A DNA stretch of 64,000 nt, from contig OZ287712.1 in assembly GCA_965649825.1 (NCBI GenBank), positions 310,001-374,000 of the forward strand, given 5' to 3'. This document shows, one piece after another, positions 56,216-64,000 of the stretch (position 1 is its first letter; every line of letters starts with the position of its first letter). The translations under genes and the position numbers were made by a program. Origin of the DNA: Penicillus capitatus. Its lineage: Eukaryota; Plantae; Chlorophyta. The notes beneath the pieces were generated by a model. It ran no database searches. It worked only from the letters and a program-made list of their open reading frames with translations, and was not told where the DNA came from.

Positions 56216-58122
56216 CTACAGCTCCTCCTTCTTCTCTGACTCTTTGGTCGCAGCGGGCTCCTTTTCCGCCTCTTTGGGATCTTCGCTGGTAATGCCCAGC
56301 TTCGTTTCGACGAATGTTATGAGATCTTTTAGAGAACGATCTCCGGCGTAGTCCAGAACCTCGCCGCCTTTTTTCACGTACTTAAGCGTCGGATAGCCCT
56401 TCACCTGTAAAAGCGTCCATGTGAAGCCAAGATATGACGAATGTGAGAGAGATAGACTTCGAAACGACCGTCGGGGATGTCGTTGGCTGTGGCATCCATC
56501 TTGGCGACGATGAGATTGTCGTTATCCTTGAAATGCTTGGCGAGGTTCTCGTAGATCGGCGCCAGTTTCTTGCAATGGCCACACCACGGAGCGTAGAACT
56601 CCATAAGGACGTCTTTTCCGGACGATAGAACTTCGGCAAACGTCTTGGCCACCACGACCTAAACACAACCGCCTTATCAGGCGAAATCTCTTCCAATCTC
56701 TTCCCACTTTGACAGGGCCGCTGTCATCTTTTGGCGGCTCCTCCGATTTGATGGTCGGTTCCAGTTCTCCCGCCTGGTCGCAACAGCAGATCGTTGTTTA
56801 TCCAGAATCGTGGTGCCTGTGCCTCACCTTCCATTTGGCGACGAAGGATTTGATGTCGTCCACTTTAACTTTTTTCTGCACGAATTTCTTTCCATCCGAG
56901 TGGTCGTGCATCACAACAGCGGGGCAGTCACCCTCCTCGATGCCAAAGTATCGGGCAGCCTTTGAGTTGATGGATGCATCGATAAAGATCACATTGAAGC
57001 TCGTGTGTGCTTCATCTACTTCAGTCAAAATCTCCTTCATTTCCTGCAGCTGTTTGTCATCCTATACAAGACCCTCACTCAAAATCACACCACAAAGAAT
57101 GAGAGTCACATACAGGTTGCACGTAGGCGATTAGACGCGGCTCCGGTTTGGCAAAGATCTCTTGTACCCTCTTCATGTGTCGCGGACTTGTTCTAGTCAC
57201 AAACAGAAGAGTGAGAAAGTGTGAGGGATCGTCGATGCAGCTACTGGATGAGTTCAGTAAGACGAGGGGTGGACGTTTTGATGGCCCAATCCACAATGGC
57301 ATCTACCGTGAACTCTCCGTTATACTTGGAGATGTTTTTCTCGGTAGCTTTGAGGAAGAACACCATCGATCCCGTACAGAATTCCGGATCTATCTCACAC
57401 ATGTCACACTTTCGAAATGGCCACTTAATAATAATACCCGCTGTGCATTTTTCGATGAGTTTTGGATTGAACGTATGGGCGATGGCAAATCCTTCAGTCC
57501 TCACCTTCTCCGCAACTTCCAAATACACCTTCGATTCTTTGCTCTCTTCTCCAAAGGCGCCGATCATAATTGCCTCATTCTTCGCCAGTTTGACGCCCTC
57601 TTCTTTGGTCTGAATCAGGGTGGAGGCTGGACCGAACGCCTTGTTTACTTCCTCCACGATCCCAGCTGCCGTTCGCGGTCCATTATACTCCTCGGGATTC
57701 TCCAACGAGCCGTTTCGGAACAGGCGAATCGAAGGAAATCCCTTGATGTCATATCTGCACGTCATCCATCAGAAAAGTGTGAAAAGTGTGAGATCGTTGC
57801 TTTTGAGCAAGTGGTTTGTTTTTCTGGTCATCCACATCACACTTGGCAAGCTTGACACTGGAGTTGCTCTCTTTGAGCAATTGGGCCGCCTTTTCGTATT
57901 CCGGAGCGAGTTTTTTGCAGTGTCCACACCATGGCGCATAGAACTCCACGACGATATCTCCTACCAGGTGCAGAATCGTCAGGGCGTGTAGAGGACACGG
58001 ACGAAGCGACCTTGTGCGACAACGGTGTCAAAGTTGTCGACGTCCAGGACGATAACGTGATCTTCAGCAGCGGCGCTAACGAATGCGCCGACAAAAACGA
58101 GGGCACAGATAAAGAGACGCAT
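56216..58122 (-). CDS. PDI: Protein disulfide isomerase (a-b-b'-a')
   Basis: Signal peptide [19 protein letters not shown], two [15 protein letters not shown] sites, KGFPSI and KGYPTL, and C-terminal KEEL. One GC-AG intron (57755-57800). Confidence 0.97.
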
Positions 58123-58237
58123 CAGGACTCGGGCGCAACGAAGGCGAGAACGGGGCAATTGTGGCGGAAGCTGAGCTCAAAAGGGCCTTGGTGGCAGGTG
58201 GCGACGTGTCTCATGTGATGTGACAGATGAATCGTCG

Positions 58238-59748
58238 TTACAGGATGGCCTCAGCGGGACGCAGACCGAGTTCTCGAAACATGACCTCATCTTCGTCTTG
58301 ATCATTGTTGGATGTCGTCAGAAGCTTGTCGCCTAAACAGAGCGTCGTTGGCCTCTCCCGATCGATCAAAAGAGTGCGCGCCTGACCTGAGAACACGCTG
58401 TTGGCGCCGGCCAGAAAACAGAGAGCCTGATCTGAGAATGTGAGGTTCAGACGTCCAGCAGCGAGGCGGACTTTAGACTTGGGCATTAGAATCCTGGCCG
58501 TCGCGATGCATCTGTTTAGGGGAAGAGACCAAAAAGAGTGACCAGAATGTGTGAGGTGTTGTACCGGACCATCTCAGGTGCAGCGACCGGTGCCTCGTTC
58601 TCAAGCGGTGTGCCTTTAATGACCACCAATCGATTGATGGGAACCGATTCGGGATGAACAGGCATCGAGGCGAGCTGATGCAGAAGACTGATCCGATCTT
58701 GCGTTTCCTCGCCTAGAAACGCTCTCTCATTCAAAATCACACGATCTGCATACGGTGTCCATACCGAGTCCCAGGATTCCACCACAGCAGACACTGATCC
58801 CAGCTGCTCTCACTTTTTGGACGGTATCCAGCCGGTCCTGTCAGAGAAGATCGAGATGCGTTTCGCCCGTACGCTGTCGTGTACTTCGTATTTTCGAGTC
58901 GTCGTGATTTTGGGGTAGTGTTCGGGACTGGTATCCAGATTGTGGTTGTAGGCAGTGAGTCCAGCTTCCTTGAGTTGCATCGCCTGCTCAGCTGTCAGCA
59001 TTCCTGTTCAAGAAGCTGGCGTGTTTCTGCATCTATATGAGGAAAGAGGACAGACCCAACGTGGCACAGACTTCCATGCCTAGGCCTCGCACTTTGGAAA
59101 CCATTTCCAGAACGCGTTTGAATTGATTGGGTCCGACTTGAGATGGCCCTCTCCATGCAGCTCCCATGCAAAATCGTGTGCTCCCTGCTTCTTTGGCTTT
59201 CAGAGCTGCCTAAGATTGTGCGACCACGTTCTGCGACAGTCTTGTCTATGGCGATGTGACTTGGTAGACGTCATCAATGTTCATGAGCCGTTCTGCTTTG
59301 GTCCCAGTCGTGGCTTTGTACTTTGAGCTTTGTGAACAGTAATGGCAGTCTTCGGGGCATCCACCGCTCTTGATATTCAATAGAGTGCAACGCTGAACCT
59401 GTCACATCAGATAGATATGAACGCCATCGCCATGTGCGTGGCCGCACGCTTCGAGGGTCGTGATAGAGACGATGCACCGAAGCTGCTTGGTAGACGAGAT
59501 CGAGCAGGGGCATGGAGTAGACTCCTTTGATCTCGCCCTTGCTACGTTAGAAATAGTTGGGAGTCGAGAAAACAAGGGGCGGAAGGCTACGTCCAGTCGC
59601 TGCGTATGTCGCCAATCTTCGTTCGCCATGAGTTCGGTGGCGGGGTCTCCTCTTCCGCTGCCGCGACAGCGGATTCGAAACGTATCAACGTCGACTGGAA
59701 AAATCGAAAGGGCGAGACGCGAAACAGACGGTGTAATACGATCGCCAT
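58238..59748 (-). CDS. BIO2: Biotin synthase (radical SAM), mitochondrial
   Basis: Transit peptide; IRSDWT; [10 protein letters not shown]; [20 protein letters not shown] (CX3CX2C); [12 protein letters not shown]; YNHNLDTS; HPESVPIN; [12 protein letters not shown]|DKLLTT. Confidence 0.96.
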
Positions 59749-62314
59749 TTCGACGTGTTACGCAAGGTAGGATGCAGTTTTGGCACTTTTACGCTTCGTG
59801 TATACGGTACCGTATTCACGAAACATAAGGTACGACACTTCTCGGGTGCTTACTAAAACAGCTTTTAGACAACGTTCAGATATTAGTAAGTCTACAATCG
59901 TACGCGAACAGGTTTTATGACGAACATCTTCATATCAATGGATTATTAGTCAAACACCTCCTTCAAAGTTCGCTAATGATAAGAGCATACATATCATATA
60001 ATCACGATTTCTATTCATCCACTCAGAGTTCCAAATAAGCACACGAATGTCGAGGAAAGGACTATCGGAGCCTGGGATTTTTACGCAAACCTGGGTAACA
60101 CTCGTTTAGCTACACAGTATTGTCCCGAATAAGCGATTAGTATGATAAACTTTAAGCGTCCCCCTTCGTACATCACTGTATGTGTCATCGTGTGAACGTT
60201 GACCATTCTTTTAAGGATGAGCTTTTTGTCTTGTCTTGGAACGCGAATATGGTTTCAGAGCGGTATCTTTCATGTGTTGGACGCCAGATTTCCAACAATG
60301 GTTAATTCCGTTCTTCTTCTTAACGGAAGCAAGACATTGGACACGACCGCCTACGATGACTACTAAAAGCACATGGACACTAGCTCGTCCAGAGGACAGG
60401 CTGTGGCGAAGATGGCGGCTCGTTACCAGAATACGTCACGAGTCGAGATCCTTGCAGATTACACGCAAGAAACAGAACGTGCCGAAGCCGATGCAGTAGT
60501 CGGACTGCTTCAAATTCTCTGGTATTGTACTAAACTCGCTTTGCAAACGCTACACCCTTGGAAAATGCGGTAGCTCTTAAAACGCAGCTTTTCACTAGGC
60601 ATCGGTGCAACAAGAGGTAGAACAAACGTGCTCGAATTCTTGTTTGGGATTCGCAGATGAATTTATAAAGCATGTCATGGCCACGAAAGAAAGCTGCTTG
60701 ATATGTTACACACCATGATATCGATCGTTCAATTCAGGAACCTTAGATACGGTGGACATCATCCAGAACAAACTCGATTCGCTATTGTCAGCAATCATTA
60801 CGGAAGTGTTAACGAGTAGTTTCAGAAGGTGAACTACAATCATCTTGTTAACAATCCAAGACCGTCTTGTACAACGTTTTCTATGCGATTGTGAAGGGCT
60901 GATGTCAAGAAACAGCTGTAAGCTTCACTGTCTTGCCCTCTGGACAGCTGTCCCCTTCCGGGTTCTATCAACATCGAGATACTTAAACGCGTCCACTGTA
61001 GAACCCTGCCTTTCTGTAATCATCCTCGTGTTTGTGGCTGGACACCTTGACGATTGAATAAGTTTAATAGTATTGTTATATAACAGTGATTCGTTTTTTG
61101 AAAGATTTCAGTCTGCTATCGACCGTCCGTGAGGTTAACAGTAATGTTTCATTCATCTTGCCGATATGTCCTTACAGCTGTCAAATACAAAACCAAGGGA
61201 ACACGTCACGAAAGAACTCGGTGATTACATTGTCACTGTCAGGAAGGGAGAAGAACTTAAGAAGAAGGTCATAACATGACATGAGGCATGTCGCCATCAT
61301 AACGTCATGCAGAAAACCACTATAAAAAGGGGGTTATCCGAACAAAGATCTGTAACAAGTGAACGTCTATCTGTTTTAACAAAGTTTGGTATTTGCTCAT
61401 ATCAACATGGAAGTGGTTGTGGTCGAGCTCGATGCATGAAAAATGAGAGACAAAGAATGTCGTGACATGCATGGAATGGTCATCTCAGGGACGGATATCA
61501 GCTTTTAATGCCATTACGAATGCAAGTGGCATCATGATCGCGTGGTTTACAGACTCGGGAGCGAAGAGACTGACGTGCATAAATCTAAAAACAACTCAAT
61601 GGCTTAAACAACACTCTTCATAGCTTCTGAATGGAATGTTTCTCGTTACAAGAAACGAATGAGATGTCTTGGCACTGTTTAGAACTGATTGTTCATAGAA
61701 CACTTGTACAAACTTGCTCGTGCGATTCGTGCCGGATGTGTGAGCCTATTGTCACGGCGTTTTTAATTGACATACCCTTAGTCATCATTCGACAGGAAAC
61801 GCTTTATCTTTGTGTGCATTTACGACGACTGTTCTCAAGCTGTTCTTTATTTTCTGACCGAAATGCGGTCGACGGAAAACATGACTGTGACAAGTATCCG
61901 CCGAGGCCGATGGAAGAAACCGCAACGCAGCAAGCTCCCTCCTAACGCCAGAAATCAAAGATAGTCGCGGCGAAGCGATTGCAAAATAAAACAAACAGAA
62001 CTAGGCAGCTCGCGTCACACTACGGTTCGCCCGCAAAGCGTTTGCGTCTCATCTCGCGGCCGAGGTTACGCAGAAATCATTAAGATCCATAAGCTGCATG
62101 AAGTAGCGACCACTTCACGGCTACGCCCAAAAGAACGAATGGCTACAGCTAGCAAAACAGAAAACATTCAGCTAGAGACGTTCGTTGTCTTTACAGCCGA
62201 GCAACAGCTCACATTTAACAAGCAAATGAGAGTTATACCAGAAATGCACATAAAATGTATGCCGTATTCGAACGCGCCTAAAGAGCGAATTCAACAGTGA
62301 CCTGAGTGTCGTCT

Positions 62315-63906
62315 CATACCAAACAAAGATGACTAGACATGTGCTTCATTCAACTGGCCATTCAACAGCCAACGATACCAAACAGGTTTGCCAGACGTTC
62401 ATTCCTCAATCTGCTGTTTCCCGAGAGTTCGACCGCCGAATAGAGGATCACTCATCCATGCGATCTGTCTTACTGGGAGACAGCGGCAAAATCTAGAAAA
62501 CTGGAACAAACGGCGGAGATGTTGGCGGATGGACTCTTCTTCTGTGCCCTTTTCTTTGACCAGCACGTGTTTTCGGGATACTGGTCTGTGTTGTCGGGAA
62601 GCGGGTCTGTGTCCCCTGGAAGAGAATCATCGCATCCTTCTCGTCGACGATAAAGTAGATAAAGGGGCGATCCACGTAATACTCGCGCAGCATCATTCTC
62701 GCTGCGATGCGTAACCCTGTTGACGCTGCCGCTTCTGTGCCCTTCATTACACGCCATTAGAAGGAAACAATAGTCTACTCTCATGCCCACCTCTTCATCC
62801 ACAACGATCTTGGCTTTGTGAAGAACATTCGATATGGCAAGGGGAGGATAGTTTGTGATGCCTTGGAAGTTTGCATCTTCGCCGAACGCGGTAGTCAATC
62901 CCAGACTGTGCAGAATTTCTTCCAGTCCTTCGAGCGACAGCTCCAATTCCCACTTGGGGAGTTTAAATACCCCCGCCTCGATCGAAGCGAATCCACCCTG
63001 GAAGAGAGAATCTATCTCGGATGCAAGGTTCTTCTCCGCTTTCTTCCATCCATCTTTCTTGTCGGGTAACAACACGTACATCGAGAAATTTCCCCCTTTG
63101 TACGGCAATTTGAAAAGAATACTATCCAATGACGGCACTCTTTTTAGAAGGATGTACTTGTGGCGAAGCATCATGAAAGGCACGGTCTGGTCTCCACCAA
63201 CTCCGTGAAAGATGCCGTCGGCAGTGTCCTGCGGGGAGAATTGTGTCTGCCACTTGTCCTTGAAGTAGAGGGCGTTGACAGCCACCAAGGCCGTGTTAGC
63301 ATCAAGTACGCCAGGCGGAATGATCTCTGGTATCATCCCCTCCGTTTTTTCTGCCACCCATGCATTGATGTCGCGTCCAACGGCATCGTATCCGTGAACG
63401 AAATCGACGTGCTCGAGGTTGTCACGACCGACGTCCCGGACAAAGCGGTTCTTGATTTTCAACTCCTCTTCCACGTACACGCGATTTGCCATCTTGGCGG
63501 CGGAGTGTCTGCTGTAGTCGTCCATCTTGTCTGAAAGGCGACGCTTCTCGCGCTTGTCCTAAACGCATAATCATGAAGACGTCGTTGCTGTATAACGGAA
63601 AGCGTACGTCAAATCCGAAGAGGTCCTCGATTTCTAACTTGGTCTTCCCGGCAGCGCCATGATAGACGAGCAGAAAGCACATGGCGATGGAGAGTGGGGA
63701 GAAGATGAGGCTTTCGCTGAGGTGGTTCGCTCTCCATTCCGAAACCACCTGCTGAGAGAATTCGTTGACGGCGTTTTCAGCCATAAAGGATTGCGGCGCA
63801 ACTGTCTTCTGCCGAACAATCTACGTACGTTTCTTAATGACACGCGTAAATGGACACCTTGTGTTACAATTTACCACGTTTCGGCAAAGTTGGCCAGAAA
63901 CGAAGC
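62315..63906 (-). repeat. Second copy of the serpin-containing inverted duplication
   Basis: Reverse complement aligns with 37026-38620. Confidence 0.9.
62493..63784 (-). CDS. Inhibitory-type serpin, paralog B (predicted P1 Arg)
   Basis: Inverted paralog of 37148-38442. Introns 63559-63607 and 62742-62790. RCL EE|GTEAAASTGLRIAARMMLREYYVDRPF. Confidence 0.93.
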
Positions 63907-64000
63907 GTTTTCCCGTCTAAGGATCGTCTGTCGTCCTTCCTGTATAGCATCTCATTAAGGCCGACTATCATCTAGAGAATCGACAATTGTCCGGTGAGGT

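Noticed and set aside
1-64000. tRNA, rRNA, snRNA genes or CRISPR arrays
   Set aside because: No cloverleaf, rRNA or snRNA signature or repeat-spacer array was seen. A GTTCGAGTCC-like stretch near 10478 lacks a proper T-stem.

Overview
Compact eukaryotic nuclear DNA with about 35-60 nt spliceosomal introns and the standard genetic code. The gene set (plant-type bifunctional DHQ-SDH with a transit peptide, BTR1/NOVA, a CCT domain, plant-like serpins) points to a green alga; this assignment is an inference. Housekeeping blocks: WDR13, BTR1, glutaredoxin, SmB and ERCC1 (1-6.2 kb); DHQ-SDH, serpin, cytochrome b561 and XRN1 (33-48 kb); PDI, biotin synthase and a second serpin (56-64 kb). An accessory zone of about 19 kb (10.7-30 kb) holds decayed, intron-containing gene fragments: cycloartenol synthase, glutathione peroxidase, a Sec24 zinc finger, FKBP, and probably CWC25 and DnaJ. 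It also holds a very young, intact Ty3/Gypsy LTR retrotransposon (18271-24314, TSD GGACT). The strongest novelty candidate is this element's ORF1. It has no capsid domain I can recognise and instead reads as signal peptide + coiled coil + transmembrane helix + CCHC knuckle + protease, joined to Pol by a probable -1 frameshift (C CCA AAT). Other notable signals: a full-length XRN1 with substituted catalytic and 5'-phosphate-pocket residues; an inverted serpin pair with different predicted P1 residues (Leu vs Arg); an apparent A:T->G:C substitution bias in the pseudogenes; frequent GC-AG introns; a shared intronic 11-mer; and an in-frame TAG at the conserved Tyr of a CCT domain. All family assignments are from motif recognition by eye; no searches were run.
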